Assembly (NCBI GenBank): GCA_039811685.1
Contig: JBDHZC010000007.1
Location: forward strand, 32,001-96,000
Reading direction: 5' to 3'
Source: Armatimonadota bacterium
GTDB taxonomy: Bacteria > Armatimonadota > UBA5829 > DSUL01
DNA length: 64,000 nt
Translations under genes and position numbers: made by a program
Shown here: positions 20,523 through 30,311 of the stretch, piece after piece
Layout: every line of letters begins with the position of its first letter
Position numbering within the stretch: the first letter of the stretch is position 1
Notes under the pieces: model-generated
The model's input: the letters and a program-made list of their open reading frames with translations, nothing else
Told to the model about the DNA's origin: nothing
Database searches by the model: none

Positions 20523-20672
20523 CTGACTGATTCGTCCTTTCTTCCCTCCGGCAAGTCGTCTCCGGCGCAAATCTGGCTTGACACTTGAGCTCCAGGCGTG
20601 GAACAACCTCTTTGATGCCAATGGTCCTCCTGTCTTCGCGCACCCACAGGACGAGACTGCGGAGTGGTTCAC

Positions 20673-21824
20673 ATGCTTCAACATCTTCCTCTTGATCAGG
20701 TTGTTCCCGCCCCCGGCCAACCGCGAAAAACCTTCTACGAAGACTCCCTGGAAGAGCTGGCTCAGTCCATCAAGGAACGGGGCGTGCTTGAACCCATTGT
20801 CGTGCGCCCGATGCCCGACGGGACATATCAGATCATCATGGGTGAGCGGCGCTACCGGGCGTCCAGACTGGCAGGTCTGACTGAGATCCCCTGCATTATC
20901 CGGGAGCTCAGCGATGAAGACGCCCGCACAGATGCGTTGCTGGAGAACTTCCAGCGCGAAGATCTCAATCCGGTCGAAAGAGCACGGGCGATCGAAGAGC
21001 TTCTGCAGTACGCTCCCATGGAGAAGGTCGCGCGCACGCTGGGCGTCAAAGAAGCGACAGTGCGGCGGCACCTGGAGATACTGGAGCTTCCCAACGCCGT
21101 TCTGGAGGAGTTGGTTGGACGCGAGGGGGAGCACGCCTTTACGGAAGGCCACGCGCGAGCGCTGCGCAACCTCGACGACGATCCGATTACGCAGGTGAGG
21201 CTGGCGCGCAAAGTGAAGGCTGAGGGCCTGGCGATAGATGAACTCCAGCGTCTGATTCAGGCGATAGGCAATATTCCCGACAAGAAGGAAGCCTTTCTGC
21301 GCGTACCTCTGAGCGTGGCGGAAGAGATGATTCGCCAGACGGCGCGTGAACGTGGGATGAAGCGAACCCGCACGTTCAAGCCTCAAACGGCCCAGACACA
21401 CGCAAGCACTCTCGAAAAGCTGCTCAGCCAGTTGACTGACGCTCTGGACTCGAGAGTCATCGAGTTTCTGTCCGACGAAGAGCGCAGCACCCTGCTGGCA
21501 AGCTGCACAAGCGTTGTCAACGGGCTTCGCGATTTCACAGAGCGGCTCAGAAAAGCTATGGATGAGGTGGCGGGATTCCAGGAAGTCTATATCAACTGCG
21601 CATTGTGCGGACGGTTGGAGCTGATTGGCACGCCCCGCTGCAGCGTATGCTGGAGCCCCATGAAGCGCTGCATTGACTGCGGACACTACGACAAGACCTA
21701 TCAACAGTGTTCACTGGATGGAACGTTCATTCCGACATCGGAGGCGGAAACACCCTCCGAGACATCCCGCAGCTACAAATGCGAAAACTACACGCCCAAG
21801 TTTGACGTAAAGCGGGCGGCCTAG
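20673..21824 (+). CDS. ParB/Spo0J-family protein with C-terminal Cys-rich domain
   Basis: QPRKTF, SIKERGVLEPIVVR, GERRYRA arginine patch, LENFQREDLNPVE, HTH. C-terminal CALC/CSVC/CIDC/C/C. Confidence 0.88.
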   Translation: MLQHLPLDQVVPAPGQPRKTFYEDSLEELAQSIKERGVLEPIVVRPMPDGTYQIIMGERRYRASRLAGLTEIPCIIRELSDEDARTDALLENFQREDLNPVERARAIEELLQYAPMEKVARTLGVKEATVRRHLEILELPNAVLEELVGREGEHAFTEGHARALRNLDDDPITQVRLARKVKAEGLAIDELQRLIQAIGNIPDKKEAFLRVPLSVAEEMIRQTARERGMKRTRTFKPQTAQTHASTLEKLLSQLTDALDSRVIEFLSDEERSTLLASCTSVVNGLRDFTERLRKAMDEVAGFQEVYINCALCGRLELIGTPRCSVCWSPMKRCIDCGHYDKTYQQCSLDGTFIPTSEAETPSETSRSYKCENYTPKFDVKRAA

Positions 21825-21890
21825 AAATAGGTTGTCTGCTGAAGCCGTGCGATCATACGTTCTCGCAACGGGCGTTCAGGTAGTGAGAAC

Positions 21891-22769
21891 TCAGCGTCCC
21901 GCTGATTCGAAGGCGCTGTGTATCTGTTGTCTCAGATAGTGCCCAAAGGCCAGCGCATCAGGCCGCACCAGATGCCCACCGTCACTCGTCACCCAGTTAC
22001 GCTCCGGCGGTTCGGGCAGCCAGGAATACTCAGAAGCCGGAAAAGCATCTTTCAAAAGAGCCGCTATCTGCCTCTGGCGCAGACTCTCGCGTACGCTGCG
22101 CTCACCTGGAATATCGAAGAGTACGACGCGCACCCCCCTGCTTTGAAAAGTAGCAATCTCCGCTCGCAACCGCTTTGCCCCGGAGAGTATACTCTTCCGA
22201 TCTGCCTCAGACAGCCCGAGCGCCTGCTGCTTCAACACCTGTTGAATTACAGTGCGGCGTACAGGTGAGATGAGCGCAACATCGCGCTCGGAGGGAGAAG
22301 GTGGCTGCTCACGGCGAATCCGATGCTTGACCAGGCTGACCAGGACGGAGACAGGATTGTACTCTTCGCGAAGCGCAGGCACTCGACGTCGCAAGGTCCC
22401 CCACCCCCCAAACAAAGCGCGCACGAGATCCTCGTCTGTGGAACGGGCAAGCGTCTCATTGACCTCCACAAGTACTGTTTCGGGTCTTGTAGAGGCTCGA
22501 AGGGCAATCAGAAGGCCGGTCTGTGAAGAGCCACCAGACATAGCCAGATTTGTCACGTCTGGTCCGATCCACTCCGCGCGAATGTTGTTCGCCAGCGAGC
22601 TTCCCACTACCAGGATACGGCTCTCAGAGGCATTGTGGAACAAAAAGCGCTCGGCCTTGACGGTGTTGGACTGCCAGATAGTGATTCCGTCACTGGCTGG
22701 CACAAGGCCGGATGAGACCGCAGCACAGTAGGCGGCGAGGATCAACGCACACGTGAGCAGAGAGCGCAT
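21891..22769 (-). CDS. SGNH-like (AlgJ/DltD-like) partner of the MBOAT acyltransferase
   Basis: N-terminal TM/signal, ILVVGSSL and DGGHL motifs, located directly downstream of the MBOAT gene. Confidence 0.65.
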   Translation of the reverse strand: MRSLLTCALILAAYCAAVSSGLVPASDGITIWQSNTVKAERFLFHNASESRILVVGSSLANNIRAEWIGPDVTNLAMSGGSSQTGLLIALRASTRPETVLVEVNETLARSTDEDLVRALFGGWGTLRRRVPALREEYNPVSVLVSLVKHRIRREQPPSPSERDVALISPVRRTVIQQVLKQQALGLSEADRKSILSGAKRLRAEIATFQSRGVRVVLFDIPGERSVRESLRQRQIAALLKDAFPASEYSWLPEPPERNWVTSDGGHLVRPDALAFGHYLRQQIHSAFESAGR

Positions 22770-22797
22770 TATTGCACGTGAGGGTTTCTGAGAGCGC

Positions 22798-24288
22798 TCA
22801 GAACTGGAAGTATATGAAGGCTTTCGATGTACCACTGTTCAGCACAATCATCGCGAGCATAATTCCAACGGCGCCATCAAACGCCAGACGGCGGCCTCTG
22901 GATATCTGCGCAGCTTCGTCAGGCCGCCATAGCGGAAAGTGGAGCGCGTGATAGACAACGACAGGTAGTGAGAACAACACGACTGGTACGACCTGGTTGA
23001 TACTCGGGGCTACCCGCCAGTTGTGAGCCATTGTAGCCAGATAGTCCATCGCCTGCCCGAACTCCGGCAACTTGAAGAGCAGCCATCCGAACGTGACAAA
23101 TGTAAAGACCACCAGTGCCCGGGCGAGATCGCGTATCAGATTGAGCAGGCCTGAACCTGATGGCCGATTATCCTGGCTGGACGATCCGGCCAATCCGAGA
23201 AGGCGCTCCAGAGCAAGGCCTGCGCCGTGATACAGCCCCCAGACCGCATAACTCCACGCTGCTCCGTGCCAGAGCCCCCCGAGTCCCATGACAATCATCA
23301 GATTGAGGTAGGTGCGGCGCTTCCCCAGGCGGTTGCCTCCGAGAGGAATGTAAAGATAATCTCGAAGCCAGGTCGACAGAGAGATGTGCCAGCGTCGCCA
23401 GAACTCCGACAGCGACCGCGAAATATAGGGAAAATTGAAGTTGGGTGGCAGAGTGTATCCAAGAGCTGCGGCAAGCCCGATGGCTATAAGAGAATATCCC
23501 GCGAAATCCGCGAAGATCTGTATCGAGTAGCCAAAAAGAAGAACCAGGCACGTGACGGTTCCAAAACCCTCGTAGTACGGATAGGCGATGTAGTAGGTGT
23601 AGTCCTTGAGATTATCTGCCACGACCATCTTGAGGAAGAAGCCTGTGACGAGCGTGCGAAACACGAACTCCCACGGAATATCCCGAAAACGCTTTGGGGC
23701 AATTTGAGGGTAGAACTGACGGGCTTTCAGGATCGGGCCTGCCACCAGATGCGGGAAGAACGCCACAAAGAGCGAAGTATTCAGCGCATGCTGCGCAAAG
23801 CTCTCATTCACGTATTCGACACGTCGGGCAGCGCCCGGCTCATCGGACGATCTATGGCGCAACACGTCAACCAGCAGACTCACGCCTTCAAACGTGTAAA
23901 ACGAAATTCCGATTGGTAGCGGGAGGTTGAGAAGAAGAGAAACGAGCCCCTCCTCCGGTGAATGCCCGGCCGTGGCCATCTTGACTGCAAGGCCGGTGAG
24001 CAGCGCTCCGTATTTGAACAGACACAGAATGCCGATGTTGGCAATCACTCCGAGCGCTGCCCAGACTGGACGGGCACGGGCGCTACAGCGCGCGACGACA
24101 TAGCTGGTGGCGCTGTTGATGGCTATAGAACAGATGAGCAACAACAGCAGCCAGGGCGCGTTCCAGGCATAGAAGAAAAAGCTGGCGGCGACCAGGAGCC
24201 CCACCTGCCATCGCCGCATCATCGGCAGATAGTAAAGGCAGAAGACTATTAGAAAGAATACTGCGAAAACCGGAGTCGTGAAGAGCAT
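22798..24288 (-). CDS. MBOAT family O-acyltransferase (AlgI/DltB-like)
   Basis: MLFTT start, LPIGISFYTF, FFPHLVAGPI, FWRRWHISLSTWLRDYLY, GLWHGA, FIYFQF. Confidence 0.94.
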   Translation of the reverse strand: MLFTTPVFAVFFLIVFCLYYLPMMRRWQVGLLVAASFFFYAWNAPWLLLLLICSIAINSATSYVVARCSARARPVWAALGVIANIGILCLFKYGALLTGLAVKMATAGHSPEEGLVSLLLNLPLPIGISFYTFEGVSLLVDVLRHRSSDEPGAARRVEYVNESFAQHALNTSLFVAFFPHLVAGPILKARQFYPQIAPKRFRDIPWEFVFRTLVTGFFLKMVVADNLKDYTYYIAYPYYEGFGTVTCLVLLFGYSIQIFADFAGYSLIAIGLAAALGYTLPPNFNFPYISRSLSEFWRRWHISLSTWLRDYLYIPLGGNRLGKRRTYLNLMIVMGLGGLWHGAAWSYAVWGLYHGAGLALERLLGLAGSSSQDNRPSGSGLLNLIRDLARALVVFTFVTFGWLLFKLPEFGQAMDYLATMAHNWRVAPSINQVVPVVLFSLPVVVYHALHFPLWRPDEAAQISRGRRLAFDGAVGIMLAMIVLNSGTSKAFIYFQF

Positions 24289-24532
24289 AGCCGCAGGAGT
24301 GTGGCTTTTGGCCAGTGTCATTCTTACGAGCCAGCGCGGATTTGTCAAGCTGGAGCGTTGGGGGACTTTGCCGATCTTCTCAGTCGAAGCGCATCGGAAG
24401 AGACTTCGGACACACTCAGGCAGACAGGCGCTAAGCAGCAGGGCAGATCTGCCAAAAGCCGTGCGCATTCCGCGAATTTTGCTGTATCCTGTGTAAGGCG
24501 CGGCGCTGCTGCGGTCACGAGAGGAGAATACG

Positions 24533-24808
24533 ATGGAGTGCCTGCACGAAAACGCTGTTTACAACGTAGAGTTCAACCGCTACTCGGATGAACAGGGAAT
24601 TCCGCGCAAGTTCTCCGCAGAGCTGACCATCTACTGCCGGCACTGCGGCGCTCAGTTCAGCTTTCGAGACCCGGTAATCTCCAATGACGGCATGATCCTG
24701 AGCGCAACAATTGAGCCTGAGACGGGGATGCCGGATATGCCGCGGGAGACCATTTCTGAAAGCCTCGACCTGAGAGACCTCTTTCTCGGAAAACAGGAAG
24801 AGGAGTAG
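24533..24808 (+). CDS. Small hypothetical protein with CxxC
   Basis: Strong RBS GAGGAG, coding-like codon usage, CRHCG motif, acidic C-terminus. Confidence 0.7.
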   Translation: MECLHENAVYNVEFNRYSDEQGIPRKFSAELTIYCRHCGAQFSFRDPVISNDGMILSATIEPETGMPDMPRETISESLDLRDLFLGKQEEE

Positions 24809-24898
24809 CCGCTGCCAGTCACACACTTCCGGCCGGCTTTGCACATAGCATGTGACCTGTACTCAAGCTGACACGTCGCGTTAGCCCAGACCGGCCAG

Positions 24899-25495
24899 CT
24901 ACACGCGACGAATCCGCGACAGCCAGCCTCGAGCGCCGCCTCCGTCTCCGGTCGCTGGAAAAGTCCGTCCACCGAAGCGCTTAGCCTGAATGCTCTCGAC
25001 CTCCCAGCCGTCTTGGAATGCGCTGCGAATTTCACTCTGTGTAACTCGGCGCGGACCTCCGTCGCGAGTCTCAAGTTCACTGAAGCACATCATATGGTAG
25101 ACGCCGCCGGGCCGCAGGACAGCAGCGAGACTGCGGACATAGCGAATCCTGTCGTTGTCGTCAAAGGAGTGAAACAGCCCACAATCCACGACCGTATCAA
25201 ACGTACGGCCGAGAGCTTTCATATCCAGCGCATCGAGATATTCGAACACTACCGGGATACCGCGCTCAGCGCTCTTCTGACGAGCGCGCTCCAGAGCTAT
25301 TCTGGCGAAGTCGATACCCCAGACCTCGTGTCCTCTACCACTCAGATACAGGGCCAACTCTCCCGTGCCGCACCCAGCATCCAAAACGCTGCCTGTAATC
25401 TGTCCAGTCTCTTCAAGCTCTACGAAGACGGCTTGAGGCTCTCCGATATCCCAGGGCGGACTACCGCGCTCATACATTTCATCAAACCTGCTCAT
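24899..25495 (-). CDS. Class I SAM-dependent methyltransferase (TPMT-like)
   Basis: PPWDIGEPQ, VLDAGCGTG, FDTVVDCGLFH. Confidence 0.9.
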   Translation of the reverse strand: MSRFDEMYERGSPPWDIGEPQAVFVELEETGQITGSVLDAGCGTGELALYLSGRGHEVWGIDFARIALERARQKSAERGIPVVFEYLDALDMKALGRTFDTVVDCGLFHSFDDNDRIRYVRSLAAVLRPGGVYHMMCFSELETRDGGPRRVTQSEIRSAFQDGWEVESIQAKRFGGRTFPATGDGGGARGWLSRIRRV

Positions 25496-25548
25496 ACTCC
25501 CCCTCTTATGTCAGGCGCAGTCTCAGACCTTTGAAGAAACTACACACA

Positions 25549-25584
25549 CAAGAAACAGGCCGGGATCTTGGGCTCCCGGCCTGT
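25549..25584 (-). terminator. Intrinsic terminator downstream of the MFS gene
   Basis: 11-bp stem ACAGGCCGGGA/TCCCGGCCTGT followed by TTCTT on the minus strand. Confidence 0.7.
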
Positions 25585-25717
25585 CAGCGCCTTGTGGCTG
25601 CTGCTGCAGTTCTTTACGTCAGCTTTGAGCAAGTTGGACGCCAGATGCTTCTGGTCGCATTAGGAATTGCTCTCAAGAATGCGTTACCCGCCACGGAGCA
25701 GCTCCAAACGCAGACTA

Positions 25718-27040
25718 TCAACATTTCTGCTTGATCTTCGTGCGCGAAGGCTCCGGAAGCTGTTTGAGATCGCGGAGAGATCCAAGATGGCGAAGCTCCG
25801 GGAAGAGAAATGTGGCGGCGGTGACGACAATAATAGTCCCCACTCCACCAGCCACAGCAGAGAAAACCGCTCCGAAAAACCGGGCTACGACGCCCGACTC
25901 AAACTCACCAAACTGGTTAGATGTGCCGATAAACACACCATTGACGGCTGAAACTCGCCCTCGCAAAGAGTCCGGCGTACGCACCTGCACCAGTGTCTGG
26001 CGGACAACTACGCTAATGTTGTCAAATGCTCCCGTCAGGAATAGCATAACAAACGAAAGCCAGAAGTTTCTTGACAGCCCGAACACGATTGTGGCCACTC
26101 CAAAGCCAGCGACGGCAAGCAGCATGGAGCGGCCTGCGCGGCGCAGCGGCGGCCGTATCGCTATAGATACAGCCATCACACTCGCCCCAATAGCCGGGCT
26201 TGCCCGCAGCCAACCATAGTGCACGGGGCCTACATGCAGAATATCGGTTGCGAAAATCGGCAACAGAGTGGTGGCTCCCCCGAGAAGAACCGCAAACATG
26301 TCCAGGGCTATGGCTCCAAAGATTTCGCGCGTCTGCCAGACAAAGCGGAGTCCGGCGCCCAGCTCTCTCAGGGAGAAGCTGCGCTCTGCCTGCTTGACAT
26401 GTCTGGACGCAATCAGCGAGATGGAGCCGAAACACAACATTGTGGAGACCGCGTCGAGAAGGTAGACAGGCGTGGCGCGTCCTGTGAGGCCGATGACTAT
26501 ACCGGCCAGACCCGGTCCTACCGAGGAAGCCATCTGAAATCCGCCACTGCTCCAGGTGGCTGCGTTGTTGAAAGCTGTCAAAGGGAGAAGCTGCGGCAGC
26601 ATAGCACTCCGTGCTGGGGAGTAGAAAGCCTGCGCTATACCCATCAACAAGAGACAGCCGTACACGAGCGCTACGGGAGCAGCAGTATAGGATATCAAAG
26701 CCAGACCGATTGACCCGAGCGTAAGGAGAAGCTGGCAACACAGGATGATGAGGCGGCGATCCACCCTGTCGGCCAGATGTCCGGCAGGCAGAAAAAGGGC
26801 AACTACTGGAATAATCTGCACCAGGCCAACATAGGCCAGCGCCATTGCCGAATGAGTGCGTCCATACAGCTCCCAGCCCACCGCAGCCTGAAACATCTGC
26901 GTTCCAAGCGTCGTGATGACGCTACCCGCAAACCACAAACGAAAATCGCGATAGCGCATGGCCTGCAGTGGGTCGTGATGCAGAGCGCCCGGACCTTCTG
27001 ATATCTCTGACTCTACGGGGTCTTTTGTCTCTTCAGGCAC
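25718..27040 (-). CDS. MFS transporter (MFS_3/EntS-like)
   Basis: About 12 hydrophobic segments, AGHLADRVDRR, TPDSLRGRV. Confidence 0.92.
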   Translation of the reverse strand: MPEETKDPVESEISEGPGALHHDPLQAMRYRDFRLWFAGSVITTLGTQMFQAAVGWELYGRTHSAMALAYVGLVQIIPVVALFLPAGHLADRVDRRLIILCCQLLLTLGSIGLALISYTAAPVALVYGCLLLMGIAQAFYSPARSAMLPQLLPLTAFNNAATWSSGGFQMASSVGPGLAGIVIGLTGRATPVYLLDAVSTMLCFGSISLIASRHVKQAERSFSLRELGAGLRFVWQTREIFGAIALDMFAVLLGGATTLLPIFATDILHVGPVHYGWLRASPAIGASVMAVSIAIRPPLRRAGRSMLLAVAGFGVATIVFGLSRNFWLSFVMLFLTGAFDNISVVVRQTLVQVRTPDSLRGRVSAVNGVFIGTSNQFGEFESGVVARFFGAVFSAVAGGVGTIIVVTAATFLFPELRHLGSLRDLKQLPEPSRTKIKQKC

Positions 27041-27090
27041 CGGCGCCGCCCATCAGGCGCCCGTCAGGAAAACCACTCATAAACGTGAGG

Positions 27091-27891
27091 CTATGTCCAG
27101 CTTTCGCACCCGGCAAAGGACATATGCTTTGACTCTATGTAGCGCGGCCGGGCCACATAGCTGTTCACTCCGGGGACGGCCTCACCGCGCAACAGGAGCG
27201 CACACGGCCACGGCTCATCTGAGAGGATGCGGGTCGTAGTAGGAATGTAGCGAATAGTCAAGCCTGCCCTGCGCCTGGGTGAGTTGTTTGCCTCTGAGCC
27301 ATGGATGATATTGGGGTGGTGCACGGAAACATCGCCTGCGTTCAAAATGACATCTACGGCCTGGGAAGCGTCAACCAGACTCGGATCTATCTCTGAACTA
27401 AGGACGCTCTCCACCTCTGAGTTAATCTGAAGTTGCTGCAGATCCATCGTCTGCGACCCTGGAATTACCCGCATGCAGCCGTTTTCAGGCGTAGAGTCGT
27501 CCACAGCCAGCCAGAGAGTCACAACCTCCATCGGCTCCAGGGGCCAGTAACTCCCGTCCTGATGCCACAGCACTGGCTTGCCGTCAAACGGCGGCTTGGC
27601 GATGTAGTGCGATGCGAACAGGGCCATGTTTGGACCGACAAACTGCTCCGCGATATCAAGCAGCCCCGGATCGCTTATTAGGCGCACCCAGAACGGATCA
27701 TCCGCGACCAGTGTGTGGCCGAACTGCTCTGGACGCAACTCGGGATGCTGCTGCTGAAGCCACTCTACGTGATTGCGAGCTTCCTGCACAAGTTCGGGGC
27801 TGATAGCGCTTCGAAAGATGGCGTAGCCGTCGCGGTCGTACATCTCTTTTCCGGAGGCAACGCGGCTTGATGAGACTTCCGGGGTAGACAT
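27091..27891 (-). CDS. Phytanoyl-CoA dioxygenase (PhyH) family Fe(II)/2OG enzyme
   Basis: WHQD, ENGCMRVIPGS, HGSEAN.SPRRRAG. Confidence 0.92.
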   Translation of the reverse strand: MSTPEVSSSRVASGKEMYDRDGYAIFRSAISPELVQEARNHVEWLQQQHPELRPEQFGHTLVADDPFWVRLISDPGLLDIAEQFVGPNMALFASHYIAKPPFDGKPVLWHQDGSYWPLEPMEVVTLWLAVDDSTPENGCMRVIPGSQTMDLQQLQINSEVESVLSSEIDPSLVDASQAVDVILNAGDVSVHHPNIIHGSEANNSPRRRAGLTIRYIPTTTRILSDEPWPCALLLRGEAVPGVNSYVARPRYIESKHMSFAGCESWT

Positions 27892-27972
27892 AGGTCGGTT
27901 TCTCCTGAGCTAAGAGTAGAGGTCATTTAGAGTATACCACCGTCACTCAGGTCGTCCACCCGTAATCACACG

Positions 27973-28001
27973 AAAAAGGCCCCGGGGATTCCCCCGGGGC
28001 C
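27973..28001 (-). terminator. Intrinsic terminator of the PEP-CTERM gene
   Basis: GGCCCCGGGG/CCCCGGGGCC stem followed by TTTTT on the minus strand. Confidence 0.8.
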
Positions 28002-28071
28002 GAAGATCTCTATTCACTGGGAGCCAACTACAGGTGGTCTGGCAGGACTACCAAGCTGAACCTTCCCGAGT

Positions 28072-28716
28072 TTAGCGGCGGCGGCGCAGTCCGAGCAGAC
28101 TGGTAAGCCCCAGACCTGCCAACACCATTGAGGCTGGCTCAGGCACAGGCGGCGTGCTGATGAAGGCAGACACTTTCGTAATGCCGCCAGTCGCTGTCGG
28201 ATCGAGCAGCAGCGTGCCATCCTGGAAGCCTGGGATGCCAGTCGTCAGATTCACGAGGCGATAGTTCACCGGCCCAATAGTGGTATCGGTCGGCGACGCC
28301 CACTTGATCTCAACAAAACCACTGTTAAACGCGACCGTGCCGGAGATCTTCGAAGACAGCGTTCCGGCGCCAACAGATGGAACGGTCTGATTGATCGTCA
28401 GATCAAAAGCCGACTCAATCGGTGATGTCGGAATGGTGATCGCCCCGGGGCCAACCATATTGACCGTGAACGTGCCAAGATCGGCGACGACCGGTGTGTT
28501 CAGGTTCCCAGAACCATTGTTGAAGATGAGCTGCAGAGTGTTTGTACCATCCGTGAAGCTCAGGCCGTTGACAATGGCCGTTGCGCCGGTTCCAGCCGTG
28601 AAAGCGCCGGATGTAGTGTACTGCACGTTGTCCGCAGTTGCGGGAGCAAATCCCGAAACAGCCATCAATGCGGCTGCACCCAGAGTCAAGAATGCGAGCC
28701 TATAAATCTTTGCCAT
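28072..28716 (-). CDS. PEP-CTERM sorting domain protein (canonical tail)
   Basis: Signal peptide, Thr/Gly-rich body, C-terminal VPEPASMVLAGLGLTSLLGLRRRR. Confidence 0.92.
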   Translation of the reverse strand: MAKIYRLAFLTLGAAALMAVSGFAPATADNVQYTTSGAFTAGTGATAIVNGLSFTDGTNTLQLIFNNGSGNLNTPVVADLGTFTVNMVGPGAITIPTSPIESAFDLTINQTVPSVGAGTLSSKISGTVAFNSGFVEIKWASPTDTTIGPVNYRLVNLTTGIPGFQDGTLLLDPTATGGITKVSAFISTPPVPEPASMVLAGLGLTSLLGLRRRR

Positions 28717-29020
28717 GATCCCACCTTTTTGTGAAAAATAGAGTTGCCGAATTAGATCTCGAACGTGGACCAAACCGGTAGAAATCGACAGTGATAAATC
28801 CAGTTTACACACTTAGGCGGCAAACTGCACCTAGTACTTTTACGAAATTTCAGCGAGGCTTGTTTAGTCTCGCCTGCCTGTCTTGTTTCAAGCCACGATC
28901 GGCTGACAGTTGCGAACGCTGTTGCGGATGTCAAAACGCCACACGGGGGCAACGCCACTCCCGCGCTTCGAGTGCGACAACTGTAACTACTTATTCTACC
29001 GGATTATCCGCGAAAATGCA

Positions 29021-29947
29021 ATGGCTTCTGAAATAATTCCTATTACTAACGTTGAGGCTGATACCGTTTTGTCCGCATGGCTCGGCCGCGATGCGCACTG
29101 TGACTCCGTCCAGCCACTACACGGCGGTATGATCCACAGCGTGCTGAAGCTCCGCTTCGATAGCGCACCGCACGCAGCAGTTGTCAAAATAAGCCGGCAA
29201 AAGGAAAATCCATTTGCAGCCGAAGCGATGGCACTGCGACACCTGAAAGAGCGCACTCAGCTACCTGTCCCTCACGTGTACGCCTGCTCCTCTGCGGGAA
29301 CGGTGATAGACAAGCACGTGCTGCTGATGGAGTTTCTGGAAGGTGAGACCCTCGGCACGTCTGGGCTTACAAAGGTTGAGCGCGAGCAGATTGATTGTCA
29401 ACTGGCTGAGATTCTTCTGGCGTTGCACAGCCACAGCGCCGAGTGCTTTGGTAGTCTGGACGGCACTGTGAAGAGCTCAAGCTGGCTGGACTACTTCCGC
29501 CCTCGCCTGCGAGCCAACTACGAACACAGCGCCCATCGGCTACCGAACTCAACCCGTGAACTCGTACCAGAGCTGCTGGAAGGAATGGATGCGATCTTTG
29601 CGTCCCAAAGCACGCCCACTCTCGTCCACGGAGATATCTGGGTAACGAATGTCTTGATCACCCGGACGGCAGACGGCTGGCGGATCACCGGACTCATAGA
29701 CCCGAGCTCTATCTACGCAGACGTAGAGTTCGAGCTGGCCTACATGGAAGCCTTTCAGACCGTGGGGCCAGCGTTCTTCAAGCGCTATTGCGCCGAACGT
29801 CAATTACGAGAGGGCTACGAACAACGCAGACTCTACTATTGGCTCAGCACGATGCTGCGTCACGTTGAGCTTTTTGGAGATCAGCATTTTGTCGAAAGGA
29901 CAGATAGAATTGCGCGTCAGCTGCAGATGTGGGTGGGCAGCGGTTAG
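29021..29947 (+). CDS. Fructosamine kinase / aminoglycoside phosphotransferase family
   Basis: LVHGDIWVTN, IDP, YADVEFELA. Confidence 0.85.
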   Translation: MASEIIPITNVEADTVLSAWLGRDAHCDSVQPLHGGMIHSVLKLRFDSAPHAAVVKISRQKENPFAAEAMALRHLKERTQLPVPHVYACSSAGTVIDKHVLLMEFLEGETLGTSGLTKVEREQIDCQLAEILLALHSHSAECFGSLDGTVKSSSWLDYFRPRLRANYEHSAHRLPNSTRELVPELLEGMDAIFASQSTPTLVHGDIWVTNVLITRTADGWRITGLIDPSSIYADVEFELAYMEAFQTVGPAFFKRYCAERQLREGYEQRRLYYWLSTMLRHVELFGDQHFVERTDRIARQLQMWVGSG

Positions 29948-30246
29948 GCCTCAAAGTCGTACACCTGGATGCGCTGCCAGGCGCTTCGGTGTTTTTCAAC
30001 GAACTGCATATGGAGCGGATGCGAGGCGTACACGTCGTAACCAGCCTTGTCGTCGAAGACAACGCACAATCCGACATCGTAGGTGTTGTCGACGACATCA
30101 CGCTGCGTCATAGCCGGAGTGCCAGACCATAGGTGACGCACGGTGGCAATCTTTGTCAGCAACGATTGACAGTCTGCGGACATCTCACCGATCCTATTCT
30201 CTCGATCTTCTCCGCTGAGCCAGAAGTACACACAGTGAACGAACAA
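29944..30246 (-). CDS. Dabb family (stress-responsive A/B barrel) protein
   Basis: FVHCVYFWL..YASHPLH..VYDF, RBS GGAGG, TTG start. Confidence 0.88.
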   Translation of the reverse strand: MFVHCVYFWLSGEDRENRIGEMSADCQSLLTKIATVRHLWSGTPAMTQRDVVDNTYDVGLCVVFDDKAGYDVYASHPLHMQFVEKHRSAWQRIQVYDFEA

Positions 30247-30311
30247 CTAATTCCTCCTTCTACACGTAACAATGAGGGCGGCCCTGGCACTGGCCCGACA
30301 ACGTACCGAGG

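Noticed and set aside
20301..21704. Long antisense ORFs (also 38029-39090, 40642-41943, 6106-7128, 3467-4318)
   Set aside because: They are shadow frames opposite well-supported genes in GC-rich DNA and have no recognisable motifs.
25614..25724. 36-codon ORF overlapping the MFS stop on the minus strand
   Set aside because: It has no clear RBS or motif and is more likely 3' UTR before the terminator.
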